Positions 51,837 through 63,266 of a DNA stretch of 64,000 nucleotides are shown here, in pieces. This stretch comes from Scenedesmus sp. PABB004 (Eukaryota), in assembly GCA_014905635.1 (NCBI GenBank), contig JABVCE010000010.1:124001-188000 (forward strand). Reading direction: 5' to 3'. The position numbers and the translations under genes were made by a program. Positions within the stretch are counted from its first letter, which is position 1; each line of letters starts with the position of its first letter. The notes under the pieces were generated by a model. It had not been told where the DNA came from, did no database searches, and saw only the letters and a program-made list of their open reading frames with translations.

Positions 51837-52054
51837 GCAGCTGGAGCGGCGGCGGCGCCCCGACCGGGCGCCGCCGCGCCAGCTGCGCCTGGCGGCTGGG
51901 CGCGCGCCGCCTGCGCGCGTGGCGGCGGCTGCAGCGTAGCTGCGGGGCCGCGCGCGTGTGGGCGTGCCGCCCGGCGCCAGGGGTTGGCGCGCAGCTTGTG
52001 TGCCAGCGAGCGCGGCTTGTGGCGTTTCTCGCCGCCGCTGCCGTCGCGTGGTCG

Positions 52055-52059
52055 TGTAA
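52055..52059 (+). promoter_or_regulatory. TGTAA polyadenylation signal of RPS14
   Basis: About 220 nt after the RPS14 stop. Confidence 0.7.
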
Positions 52060-52154
52060 CAGGCGGTTCTCACGCTCGCCCCTGCGCCGCGCCTCGATTG
52101 TGCCGCGCCAGCTCGCCACGGCGCTCGGTCCACAGCCCTCGCAGCAGCGAAAGC

Positions 52155-53070
52155 ATGCTCGCCGCTGCGCGCTGCACGACGACCGCCGCTGCTGCTCGCT
52201 GCCCGCCGCGTGCCAGCCGGCTGCACCGCCCGGCCGGGGGAAGCGTTGCCAGCAGGTGAGTGCATGAGGGCGATCCGGGCGCAGAGGCGGTCGCGGGAGC
52301 CCCGGAACGTGGGGGATGCCACTGCGCCCGGCGGCGGCGCGCCGCGAGCGGTGCCCAGCCCCCGCGCGTGGCCCGAGACGTGCACTGCGTGCGTGCCGGC
52401 ATGACTATGGCATGATCAGCGGCCAACGCGCGCCCGCCCGCCGCGCCGCCGCGGTCGCGCGCTGCTGTCTGGGCGCGCAGGCGCGGACTGCGCGTCTGCG
52501 CGGCCGCCATGCCTCAGTCGAAGGTGGGGCCGGCGGAGGCGGCGGAGCTGCTGGCAAAGGGCGGCTGGCGCTACCTGGACGTGCGGTGCGCAGCCCGCGG
52601 CTGCTCTGCGGGCGCGACCTGGGCCGGCGCACGCCGCCGCCGCGCGGGCTGCGCCCCGGTGCGAGGCTGTCCTTAATGGCGCGCGCGCCGCGCAGGACGC
52701 CCGAGGAGTTTGCGGCGGGGCACGTTGAGGCGGCGGTCAACATCCCCTTCATGCTCCGCACCGCCGAGGGTGCGCCGCGCCGCCGCGCCGCCGCGCCGCG
52801 TGGCCAGGCAGGAGGGGCGCGCGCTCACGCCGCGCCCGCCGCGCCCGCCCGCACGCGCGCGGCGCGGCAGGCATGGTGCCCAACCCGGCGTTCGAGGAGC
52901 AGGTGCGCGCGGCGTTCCCCGACGCAGCAGAGCAGGTGGTGGTCGGGTGCAAGTCGGGCAACCGCTCGGCGCGCGCGATCGCGGTGCTGGCGGCCGAGTT
53001 CACCAACCTGGCCGACCAGACGGGCGGCTGGGACGGCTGGCTCGCCGCCGAGCTGCCGGTCGCCAAGTGA
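52155..53070 (+). CDS. Single-domain rhodanese/sulfurtransferase, probably plastid-targeted
   Basis: Transit-like exon 1 splices (52256-52480) to RGLRVCAAAM; YLDVRTPEEFAAGHVEAAVNIPF, active loop CKSGNRS, GGWDGW. Confidence 0.9.
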
Positions 53071-53103
53071 GCGAGCGGGCGGCGCACGGTGACGAGTCGC
53101 GCG

Positions 53104-54324
53104 TCAAGGCTCTTGCACGCCGCCGCCGCCGCCCGGCGGCCGCCAGCGCGCGGCCGCCCCCCAGAGCAGCATGGCTCCATTGGCCGCGAGCGCGCCCGCG
53201 AGCGTGGCCGCGAGGTCGCCGTGCGCTGCAACAAACGTGGCGTTGGCGAGCGCGAGGCGCCCGAGCTCCTTTGCCGCCGTCAGGCCGCGCGCGAGCCGCA
53301 CGGGCGCGCTGCCCGAGACCAGCTGGCTCGCCTTGACCAGGCGGTACTCAGCGACATCCAGCGGCAGCTCCGCCTCCTCCTCGGCGCCGCCCTCGCCGGC
53401 GTCCGCGGGCGCGCCAGCTCCAGCGCCGCCCGGCGGCTGCTGCGAGCCTGCCGGCGTGCCCGCACCGCTGCCGCCCGCGGCGGCGGCCGCCGCCGCCGCC
53501 GCCGCCGCGCGCCGCACGGCGCGCCCCGGCTCTGTCTGCATCAGCAGCGCGGCGCCGACCGCCTCGGCCGCCTCTTCGGCGGCGATGAGCGCCGTCGGCG
53601 CGAACAGCGCCGTCGCGAGCAGCGCGCCGGCGCAGAGGCCGAACTCCGGGAGCGGCAGCGGCAGCCCCGCCACGTGCACGACGTCGTCCGCCCCCGCCTC
53701 GTAGAACCGATCCGTGAGCCACCGCGCCGCCGCGGTGGCGACGAGGCCACGCTGCAGCAGCTCCTTGGCCGTCTCGCGCGCGACGACCAGCGGCACCGCC
53801 GCCCGCGCGTCGAGCGCCGCGCCGTCGCCCGGCCCGCGCAGCAGCAGGGCGGCGCGGTAGGTGCTGAGCCAGAGCGCCCAGGACGCGGGACTGGCCAACC
53901 CCGCGCCGCCCAGCGCAGCGAGGTCGAGCTCGCGCCGCGCGCCACCGCCCGCGTTCGCGCCCGGCGGCGGCGGCGGCGGCGGCAGTAGCAGGCTGTCTGG
54001 CGGCGGCCAGCGCGGCGCGAAGAGCGCCGCTTCCAGCAGCACCAGCGGGGCCGCCCAGCGCAGGCCCAGCGCCACGTCGCCCGGGCGCGCGGCGAAGAGC
54101 GAGAAGGGCGCATAGCCCAGCAGTGCGGCGCCGGCAACCGCCACGCTGCCGCTGAGGCCGATCGCGGTCAGCGACGACACGAGCGCGTCGGGCGGCGCCG
54201 GCGGCGGCGCGTCGTCGCGCTGCGCGGCGCACGCGGCGCCGCGGCGGCGCCGCTGCCGCTGGCGGGCAGCGCAGCAGCAGCGGCAGCAGCCCGCCGGCGG
54301 CGGCGCGGCCCGGGCGAGCAGCAT
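53104..54324 (-). CDS. Intronless organellar membrane protein, CPBP/Abi (CAAX protease-like) family, degenerate
   Basis: Transit-like N-terminus, several TM segments; ETAKELLQRG resembles the EExxFRG motif; TFVAAHGDLAA near the C-terminus. Confidence 0.55.
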   Translation of the reverse strand: MLLARAAPPPAGCCRCCCAARQRQRRRRGAACAAQRDDAPPPAPPDALVSSLTAIGLSGSVAVAGAALLGYAPFSLFAARPGDVALGLRWAAPLVLLEAALFAPRWPPPDSLLLPPPPPPPGANAGGGARRELDLAALGGAGLASPASWALWLSTYRAALLLRGPGDGAALDARAAVPLVVARETAKELLQRGLVATAAARWLTDRFYEAGADDVVHVAGLPLPLPEFGLCAGALLATALFAPTALIAAEEAAEAVGAALLMQTEPGRAVRRAAAAAAAAAAAGGSGAGTPAGSQQPPGGAGAGAPADAGEGGAEEEAELPLDVAEYRLVKASQLVSGSAPVRLARGLTAAKELGRLALANATFVAAHGDLAATLAGALAANGAMLLWGAAARWRPPGGGGGVQEP

Positions 54325-54718
54325 CGCGGACTGTGAGCGGAGAGCGGCACCTGGGAGCCGCCGCGAAGCACCAGGACGGCCGGGACTGCCGCGTCTCCGC
54401 TCTGCTGTGCCGCGACGCAGGGCTCGCCACACGCCGCCCGCGGCCGGCGCGACGCGCGTAGCTGAATCCGGACAGTGCTCCCGTCCGCCCGGGACGCCGC
54501 GAGGGCGCGATCGCCGGCCCCAAGCTCGAGCAGCAGAGCCGACTCCAGCGCATCGCGCGGCCTGCGTGCCTTGCCACCGGCACCCAGCAATACCCGCCAA
54601 CGTACCGGGCGCCGCCCGGCCGGTCCGCGCGCGGCCGGCGCCGGCGCGGCGGGCGCAGCAGCGGCGCCGGCGCCGCGCGGCGCGGCGCGGCGCGCCGGCG
54701 CGCCGGGGCGGCGGCGCC

Positions 54719-56205
54719 ATGACGGCGGCGCTGGCGGAGCAGCAGGACGGCCTGCCGCAGCCCTGGGGCGGCGGCAGCGGCGGCGGCGGCAAGGGCGGCG
54801 CCGGCGGCGCGGGCGGCGCGCGGTGGCGCGCCGCCGCGGCGCGGTGGCGCGTGCCGCTGATCATCGTCTACTACGGCCTCTGCTCCAGCACGCTCATCGT
54901 GATCAACAAGGTCGCGGTGCACAACCTGCGCGCGCCGGTGTTCATCCTCTCGCTGCAGCTGCTGTTCGCGGCCGTGACGGTGAAGAGCCTCGCCGCGGCG
55001 CGCGTGCTCGAGGCCGAGACGCTGCAGTGGCGCCTCGTGCGGCCCTTCCTGCTCATCGTCCTCGGCTTCCTGGGCACCGTGTACGGTGAGGCCGCGCGGC
55101 GCCGGCGGGGCCGGCGCCGGCCGGCGGCTGCAGCGGCTGCGCCGCCCTGCAGCGGCTGCGCCGCCGACTCGACCCACCGCCCGCCGCCGCCGCCGCCGCC
55201 GCCGCTGCAGCCAACATCAAGGTCTTGGAGCACTCCAACGTCGAGACGTTCATCACCTTTCGCAGCAGCACGCCGCTCGTGCTGAGCCTCTTCGACTGGC
55301 TCTTCCTCGGCCGCCGCCTGCCGGGCGGGCGCAGCGTGTTTGCCATCCTCCTGCTCGTCGCCAGCTGCTCCGGGTACACCTACTACGACCAGGCGCGCGC
55401 GCGCCCCGCGCAGCTCCAGCGCCCCGCGCCCGCCGCGGCGGCGCCGCGGCGCGCGCAGCGGCGCGCAGCTATAGCAGCGCGTGACGCGGCGCGCCGCCGC
55501 GGCGCTGCGTCGCCGCCGCGTCGCTGCGCAGGGCTTCCGGCTGCAGGCGTACACGTGGCTGTGCGTGTGGTACTGCTTTTTTCTCTTTGAGGCGTGCTAC
55601 GTGAAGCACGTGTGCGACACGGTCGCGATGACCAACTGGGGCCGCGTGTACTACACCAACTTGCTGTCGGGGCTCGCGCTCGCCGCCGCGTTCCCGTTTT
55701 GCGCCGGCGAGCACCGCCTGCTGCAGCGCACGCACTTCAGCACGCCGCAGCTCGTGCTGCTGTTCATGTCCTGCGCCGTCGGCGTGTGCATGAGCCACGC
55801 GGGTGCGGCGGCCGCGGCGCCGCGGCGCCCCGCGCCGCGCCGGCCGCCTCGCCGCCCACGCGGGCGTGCCCGCGCCGCCGCCCGCCCGCCGACCCGCCCG
55901 CCCGCACGCCCGCGCGCCGCGCCGCGGCAGGCTACCTGATGCGGTCCACGGTGTCGGCGACCGCGGGCGTGGTCGTGGGCGTGGTGTGCAAGCTCGGCAG
56001 CGTGCTGCTCAACCTGGCGATCTGGGACCAGCACGCGTCACCCATCCAGCTCTGCTTCCTCTGCCTCGGCCTCGCCGGCGGCAGCCTGTTCCAGCAGGCG
56101 CCGCTGCGCGCGGTGCGGTCGATGTCGCGGCTGCCGCTCGCGGTGCAGGACACGCACGCGACCAGCAAGGACGGCGCGCCGGCGGACAAGGACGTGCGCT
56201 CGTGA
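54719..56205 (+). CDS. Golgi nucleotide-sugar transporter (GONST / GDP-sugar type)
   Basis: YYGLCSSTLIVINK, ANIKVLEHSNVETFITFRSSTPL, NWGRVYYTNLL and VSATAGVVVGVVCK. Three introns, one GC-AG (55393). Confidence 0.9.
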
Positions 56206-56676
56206 CAGGCAGTGGGCCGGGGCGACCGGCGGGTGGGGAAGAGCGGCGGGCGGCAATGGGTTGGCGAGCGCCGCCGGCGAGCGAGAGCGCGGCGACTCTG
56301 TGCAGGATGGGGCGCACTGATCTCTGGTTGCTGCTCGCGCTGGCCGCCCACCGGCGGCGCCGGCGCTGGCGCGCGCGCGTGACCCGGGGTCACGCGCGTG
56401 ACCCCGGCTGGAACTGTTTAGTTTTGAGGTGGCGCATCTGTGCGCGCGCGTGCTGTTGCCCTGGGCCTGCTCTGTCGCCTGGGTCCCTGCCCTGCGGCCG
56501 CGCGTCGACGCGGCGGCTCGGCTGCTGCGACTGCTGCTCTCAACCTGCGTTGCAACGCTGCAGCTGCAGCCGCCCGGCCGCCCGCCTCCCACCCGCTCTC
56601 TGCAGTCCCCGCGCGCGCGGCCGCGTCGCAGCGCACCGCCGCGCACCCCTCCCCCTCCGGCAGCTGTCCCCCCCCC

Positions 56677-58558
56677 TCACTCGCTCCACTTGTGCAGCTC
56701 CATGCCCTCCGGCGGCGTGCACTCCACGGGCTTGGCCCCCACCTCGGACCAGTTGGTGGAGAGCACGGTGCCGTTGGACTCCACAAAACTCTTCATCATC
56801 GCCCGCCGCGCGTCGTCGTCCGCGCCTGCGCGCCGCGCGTTCGTGCGCCCACGCGCGTGGCGCCCTCGGCCCGCGCCGCGCCGCGCGCCCCCGCCGCCGC
56901 GCACCGCGCCGCCGCGTCGCCCCCGTCCGGCGCGGCGCGGCGCGCGGCCGCCCCCCACCCGCCCGCGCGCGCGCCGCGCGGCGCACCCGCAAAGATCTTT
57001 TTGAAGAAGTTGTTCAGCGGGTCGCCGTCCTCCAGCTCGCCCTTCTCCTCCAGCTCCTTCACCTCGGCTGCCGGGCGGCGGGCAGCAGGGGCGGCTCAGC
57101 GCGGCCCGGCTCCGCGGCTCAGCGTGGCCCGGCTCCCCGGCGGCGCGCGGCGCGGGGGCGAGGGGGCGCACCTTCGACCTTGCTCCAGTCCTTGGGGCCC
57201 TTGCTGCTCGGGTAGGCGCGCGGCGGGCCCGCCGCGGGCGCCGCCGCGCCCGCCGGCGCGCCGACGCCGACGCCGACGCCCGCCGCGGGCGCCGCGCCGG
57301 GCTTGGCGCCGCGCTCGAGGCTCGGCCACGCCGCGCCGGGCGTGGCCTTGGCCATGGCGACCTCCACCTTGGTGCGCAGCACCTCCACGCGCAGCGAGCC
57401 CGGGTCCACGGGGGCAAAGAGGTCCAGCTCCAGCACATACGGCTCCTCCCCGTCGCCGCCCGCGATCGCGACCCGCAGCGCCTCGCCGCCGCGCGGCAGC
57501 GTCACGTCCACGTCCGCCGCGCGCTGGTTCTTGGCGTAGACGTCAACCACGACCTTGGGCCCGAGCTGGTACCACTGGTGCCTGTCCAGGGGTCGGGCGG
57601 CAGGCGGGGGGCGGGGCGTGGTGGGGCTGGGGCCGCGCGGCTCGCGCGCCGCGCCGGCGCGGTCCCGGCGCGCACCTGTACTTGCCGACAAACGCGTCCG
57701 GCGCCGCGGGCGCAAGCGCCTGCACGGCGGCGGGCGCTTCGGCCGCCGCCGGCGCTGCCGCGGCTGCGGCCGGCGCTCCAGCTGCCGCTCCTGCTCCTGC
57801 TGCTGCTGCTCCTGCTGCTGCTGCTGCTGCGGTGGCAGCGGCCGCGGGCGCCGGCGCCGGGGCTGCTGCTGCAGCCGGCGCGGCGGTGGCAGGGGCGGCG
57901 GCGGCGGCGGCGGCGGCGGGCGCGCCGGCCTCGGCCTCGCCTGCGGGCGGCGTGGCACGCGGGGCATGCGCGTGGCGGGCCCCCGCGACGCTACGCGGCA
58001 GCGCCGCCGAGCGCGCGGCGCGGGCACGCACCCTCTTCCAGCTCCAGCTCCGCCCGGCACTTGCGGATCCAGGTCTTGAACGCCGCCGACTCGGGCGCGA
58101 GTGCCGCGCCCTGCTCGAAGCAGCGCAGCGCCGCCTCAAACTCCTGCAGCTCGAAGCACGCCGCTCTGCGGCGGCCGGGGCGGCGGCGATCAGCGCGTCC
58201 GCCCTCCCGGGCGCCTGGGCGCGGCGGCAGGGGCCCGGGGCCTCACCCCTTGCGCAGGTGGGCCTTCGCGTTGGCGGGCTCCAGCTCCAGCGCCCGCGTG
58301 GCGTCCGCCACGGCCTCCAGGAAGCGACCGAGCTTTATCTGAGCTGCCGCTCGCGCCTCCAGCACGCTCGCGGGCGCCGGCGCGGCCTCGTCCAGCGCCT
58401 GCGCGGGGAGGCGGGTGAGCAGTCGGCCCGCGATGCGGGCCCGCCCCGCGCCGCGCGGCGCCTGGGAGCGGCGCGCCCACCCTGGTGTAGTGCCCCACCG
58501 CCTCTTCGTACTCCTCGTCCACGAACGCGCGGTCGCCGGCCGCCACGTGGCTCGCCAT
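56677..58558 (-). CDS. SGT1: SGT1 co-chaperone (TPR-CS-SGS)
   Basis: GDRAFVDEEYEEAVGHYT (TPR), YRHQWYQ..VEVLRTKVEV (CS), YPSSKGPKDWSKVE, GDPLNNFFKKIF and RRAMMKSFVESNGTVLSTNW (SGS). About 6 introns. Confidence 0.97.
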
Positions 58559-58719
58559 GGCGCGCGGCGCGCGGCGCGCTGCTGCTTCCGGAGGCGGCGG
58601 CGGCGGCGAGCCGAGCGCGTGCGGCGCGGGGTGCGCGGGGTGCGCGTGGCCCGGGCTGTGTGCACCGGAGTCACGAAGGGGGAGCCAGGGCTCAGCTCGG
58701 TTGCACCGCGGCGCGTCGC

Positions 58720-59916
58720 TCAGAGCAACACCGGCACCGACCGCACGAAGCGGATCACGCGGCCGGCGGGGTCGGGCTCGACCACGACCGCCAGCATGCG
58801 CACGCCCGCCGCCGCCGCGGCGCGCACCGCGGCCGCATAGTGCGGGTCGACGTGCTGCGCGGGCGCAAACGCGGCCGCGTCGGCGCGCTGCACGATGAAC
58901 AGGCACGCCGCGCCCGCGCCGCCGGTCGCGAGGCGGGCGAGGTCGTCGACGTGCCGCCGCGCCCGCTCGCTCACGGCGTCAGGAAACACCGCGACCGCGC
59001 CGCCGCCCGGCACGCGCGCCGCCGCCGCTGCCGCCGCGGCCGCCGCGGCCGCCGCCGGCTGCTCGCCTGCCGCCGGCTCGCCCGCCGGCGCCGCCGCCTT
59101 GGCGCCCCCGCCGCGGCGCTTGGGGCCGGCGGGCGCCGGCGCCGCGAGGCTGGCCGCCCACGCGTCGGCGGTCAGCGCGAGCGTGACGCTCTTCACCTCG
59201 ACCCACGTCTGCCGCCCGCTCGCAGCGTGGGTGAGCAGAAAGTCAAAGCGGCTCGCCCCCGGCCGCGCCTCCGCGCGCGCCTCGGGCCGCACGCAGTCGT
59301 ACTCGCCGCCGAGCGCCGCGGGCGGCAGCAGGCGCGCCGAGAGCATCGCGCCCGCGAGGCGGTTGGCGAGCGCGCTGTGCGTGCCCACCCAGACCGGCGC
59401 CGCGCCGAGCGCCGCGCCGGGCGCGCGCACCATCTCCAGCGTGTGCCGGTACTTGCGGCCGGGCGCGGCCGACACGCTGCACGCCGCGGGCGCGGGGAGG
59501 CTGTCCAGCAGCCCCAGCATCGCGCCCGTGTTGGGGCAGTGCACCACCGTCACGTCACCCGCCGCGGCGGCCGCGGGCGCTGGTGCCGGCGCCGGCGCCG
59601 CGCGCCGCCGGCGCTTGGGCGGCGGGCTGCCCGCGCCCTGGTCGGCGGCGGGCGCCGGCGCCGCCGTGTCGTTGCGCGCATCATCATCATCATCGAAGAC
59701 CACGTCGGCAAGGAAGCGCTTGTAGCGCCGCTGCAGCAGGCCCAGCTCCAGGGCCGCGAAGCGGTGCAGCACGGCGCCGTCGGCGGCGGCGCTGCCGTTG
59801 CCGGCAGCAGCGGCGGCGCCGGGCGCCGCCGCCATGCGCCGTGCGGCTGGGACCAGGGCGAACGCCCGGCTGGCAGTCAGCTGGGCGGTCCGCAGCCGCA
59901 GCGCGGCGGCTCGCAT
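58720..59916 (-). CDS. sfsA: SfsA (sugar fermentation stimulation protein A, PD-(D/E)xK DNA/RNA nuclease fold), intronless
   Basis: RRYKRFLADV, HCPNTGAMLGL, RKYRHTLEMV, ALANRL, SRFDFLL, WVEVKSVTL, FPDAVSERARRHV, LFIVQR and DPHYA..GV. Start could be 59916 or 59835. Confidence 0.92.
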   Translation of the reverse strand: MRAAALRLRTAQLTASRAFALVPAARRMAAAPGAAAAAGNGSAAADGAVLHRFAALELGLLQRRYKRFLADVVFDDDDDARNDTAAPAPAADQGAGSPPPKRRRRAAPAPAPAPAAAAAGDVTVVHCPNTGAMLGLLDSLPAPAACSVSAAPGRKYRHTLEMVRAPGAALGAAPVWVGTHSALANRLAGAMLSARLLPPAALGGEYDCVRPEARAEARPGASRFDFLLTHAASGRQTWVEVKSVTLALTADAWAASLAAPAPAGPKRRGGGAKAAAPAGEPAAGEQPAAAAAAAAAAAAARVPGGGAVAVFPDAVSERARRHVDDLARLATGGAGAACLFIVQRADAAAFAPAQHVDPHYAAAVRAAAAAGVRMLAVVVEPDPAGRVIRFVRSVPVLL

Positions 59917-60242
59917 GCGCTGCGGGCGCGTCGGCGCGGCAGCGGCGGCGCCAGCAGCAGCACACCGGCGCGCGCGTGCGACGGGCTGCCAGCGAGCGTT
60001 ATCAGAGCGCCGCATCGCGCTCGCTCGCGCCAGGCCCCGATCGCTCGCCGCCGCGCAGACCGCGCGCTCGAACCGCGCCCCGACGCCTTCCGCGCGTCGC
60101 CGCCGCGCGCACGGACCCCGCCGCCCCTCGCCGCGCGCCCCACACCGCCCCGGCCTCTCCAGCGCCCGGGCTCGCGCGCACAGCAGTGCGGTCCGGCGCA
60201 GCGCGCCCGCACGGCGGCGGCGCGCCCCGCGCCCTCGCAGCC

Positions 60243-63200
60243 ATGGACTGGCTGCTGAAGCAGGGTGGTGCGTCCCAGGCCCCCGGCTCCCAGCGCTCAC
60301 GGGCGCGGGGGTGGCGCCCCGCGCGGGCGGCGGCTGCGGCGGTTGCCGCGGGCGCCGGCGGCAACCGGCGTGCTGCGCCACTGCCGCCGCCCGCCGCCGC
60401 GCAGACGACGACGACGGCGGCGCCGACTTCCTCAAGGCCAGCAGCGCCAAGCCCCGCGATGCCGGCGCGGCCAAGCCCGCGGCGCCGGGGTGAGGCGCCG
60501 CGCGCTGCTGCGCGGTCGGCGGCCCCGCGCAGCAGGGGCCGCGCCGCGGCGGGCCACGGCGCGCCGGCTCGACCGCGCCCTGCGGCGCCCCGCAGCCCTG
60601 CGCGCGGCCGCCCGCCGTCGCGGGGGCGCCGGCTGAGCCGCCGCCGCCGCTGCCCCGTTTGCTTGCGCCGCCCACAGCAGCAAGAAGCCCATGGGCATGG
60701 GGCGCCTCGGCGGTGGGCAGCAGCGGCGCGCCCCGCCCCGCCCCCGTCGCGCCCGTGCCCGCACGCCGCCGCTGCCGGCGCTGGCGCAAGCAAACGCGCC
60801 CCGCGCGCGCGCGCGCGCTGCCCTGCAGGTGCCGCTGACCAGGATGATGAGGAGGAGGACTTCTTTGCTGAGTACTCAGCCAACCTCGACGACGACGACG
60901 AGCCCCCGGCGGCGGGCCCGCCGCGCGGCGCCGCGCCCGCGCCCGCGCTCAGCAACACCGGTGCGCAGCTTGCAGGACCCGCGCGCGCGCGCGCGCGCGC
61001 CTTGCAGGAGGGCCGCGCCCCGGGGCCCGGCTTGGCTGCGCGCGCGGCCGCCAACCCCCTCCCCCTCCCTTGCCGTCCTGCAGGCTCCCTGTCCGGCCTG
61101 ACGGGCCTGGACGACGCCAGCAAGCAGGCGCCGGCCGCAGCGGCGGGCGAGGACAGCTGCCTGCCCAACCCCACGCGGGCCGCCGCACTGGCGGCCGAGC
61201 GCGAGGCGGTTGACACGGCGGCGGCGGACAGCGCGCCGGCGGCCGAAGGCACCAGCGACACCCTGGCTGGCACCGAGGAGGTGGAGCGCACGGCCGCCGG
61301 CACCGAGACGTGAGCGGCGCCGCGGGGCCGTGCGCGCGCGGCGCCGCCCGCGACGCGGGGCAAGCCGAGCTCACCCCGCGCGCCGCGGCCGTCCGTCTCC
61401 GCGCGCCGCCGCCGCAGCGCGCCGCCGGGCACGGAGCTGCAGCTCGTGCTGCAGCTGGGCACGGAGGAGGCGCTGCCCGCCACGGTGCCGCTGGACAGCC
61501 TCGCACCCACGCTGGCCGCGAGCGACGCGGCGCCGCTGCTGCCCGCCGAGGCGGCGAGCGAGGCGCAGTCGCGTGCGGCAGTGGCGGCGGCCGAGGGCGG
61601 CGCCGCGCTGGAGGGCGAGGCACCGCTGGGTGGCGGCGCCGGCGCGGCGGCCGCTGCGGAGGTCGTGCTGGGCGGGCCGTTTGACGGCGCCTTTGGCAGC
61701 GAGCTCGCGGACGTGCTGCCGGCCGGCGCGCCGGCGGCGGCCGGGGCGGCGCAGGACGAGCCGGCGGCAGAGCCGGCGGCGATGAGGGCAGAGCCGGAGC
61801 CCGAGCGCGCGGCAGCAGAGGCGGAGCCAGAGCTGGCAGCAGCCGCCGAGCAGCAGGCGGCGGCAGCAGGCGCCGCCAGGCCGGCAGACGCGCCCGCCGC
61901 GCCGGAGCCCGCGCTGGCGGCGGCGGCGGCGGCGGCGGAGCCCATGGGCGGCGCCCGTGAGGCCGCGGCGCCCGTGGCGGCGCACGCGCCGGCGGCCGAG
62001 GCCGCGCCGCCGGCGGCGGCGGCGGCCGGCCCCGCGGCCCTGCAGGCGGTCGGCGCGCCCGCGACCGCGGCGCACGCGTGCGCCCGACCCGCGCCCAAGG
62101 CGGCCAAGCTGCTGCAGATGGGCGGCCACCTCGCCGGCCTGAAGCCCCCGGCTGCCTCCACGGCCCGGCCGCGCCTGCCAGCAGTGCCAAGCGCGCACCA
62201 TGCCCCCGGCGGCGGCGGCGGCGGCCACGCCGGCCGGCATGGACGCTGGCCCCCCGCCGCGCCCGGTGACGTGCCTCGGCGGCCGACCCGGCACCTTCAA
62301 GCTCAGCGGCGCGGCGACCGCTGCCGGCGGCTCGTTTGGCAGCCCGGTCGCGGCGCCGCCGCCGCCCGCGCTGTTTGGTGGCCCCGCCCGCGGCGCCTTT
62401 GCCAAGGGTGGCAGCATCTTCGCCAAGCAGCAGCTGCCGGCGAAGGCCCCCCAGCCCCTCCAGCACATCGCATCCGCGGCTGCCGCGCCCGGGCACGCGC
62501 CCGCGCCGCCTGGCAGCGGCGGCAGGCCCGCCGGCACCGCGCCGCGCCCGGGCAGGCAGGCCGCAGGCCCGGGCCTGGGCGGCGCGCCGCGCGCGCCCGC
62601 GCTGGCGGCCGCGCTGCCCGCCAGCGTCAAGGCGCCCGGCGAGACGGCGGCGCCCCCCGCCGCAGATGCCGCGCCCCCTGCCGCGGCGGCCGCGGCGCCC
62701 CGCCCCGGCCCTGCCCTGCGAGCGCCGGGCACGCTGCCGGGCGGCAGCGCGTCGGGCGGCGCGGCGCGCCCCGGCGCGTCGGGCGGTGCGGCGCGCCCCG
62801 GCGCGTCAGGCGGCAGGCGCGTCGCGCCTGGGCGCGTGGCGCCGCGGCGCTCCGCGTCGAGCGTCGCCGGCGTGGGCGCGGCGCTGGTGGAGCCTGGTGA
62901 CGGCCACGACGGCGGCGGCGCGCTGCCGCCCCCCGCCTCCAGCCTGCTGCAAGACTCGGTGTCGCGCCTGGAGGAGGTGCGGGCGCCGCGCACGTGTCTG
63001 CCGCGCGGCGCCGCCACCGCCGCCAGCCACCCTGGCCTCACCGCCCGCCGCCGCCGCGCCCACAGCTGGCGCTGGTGAGCCGCCAGGTGGCTGACCAGCT
63101 GCTGGACACGCGCGTGCAGCTCGCGGTGCTCGGCGGCCGCACGGTGCGGCTGGATAACCCCATGCTCTCCTCGCGCATCGCGGCGCTGCACGCGGCGCTC

Positions 63201-63266
63201 GCGAGCGCCGAGGCGGCGTGGACGCCCGCGCGCGCCGCGGCCGCCGCGCCCGGTGCGGGCGCCTAG
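60243..63266 (+). CDS. Hypothetical low-complexity protein (acidic/Ala/Pro-rich) with C-terminal coiled coil
   Basis: ATG 60243; GT-AG introns join DDDDGGADFLK, DEEEDFFAEYSANLDD and LQDSVSRLEE|LALVSRQVADQLLDTRVQL. Apparent frameshift near 62190-62200. Confidence 0.6.
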
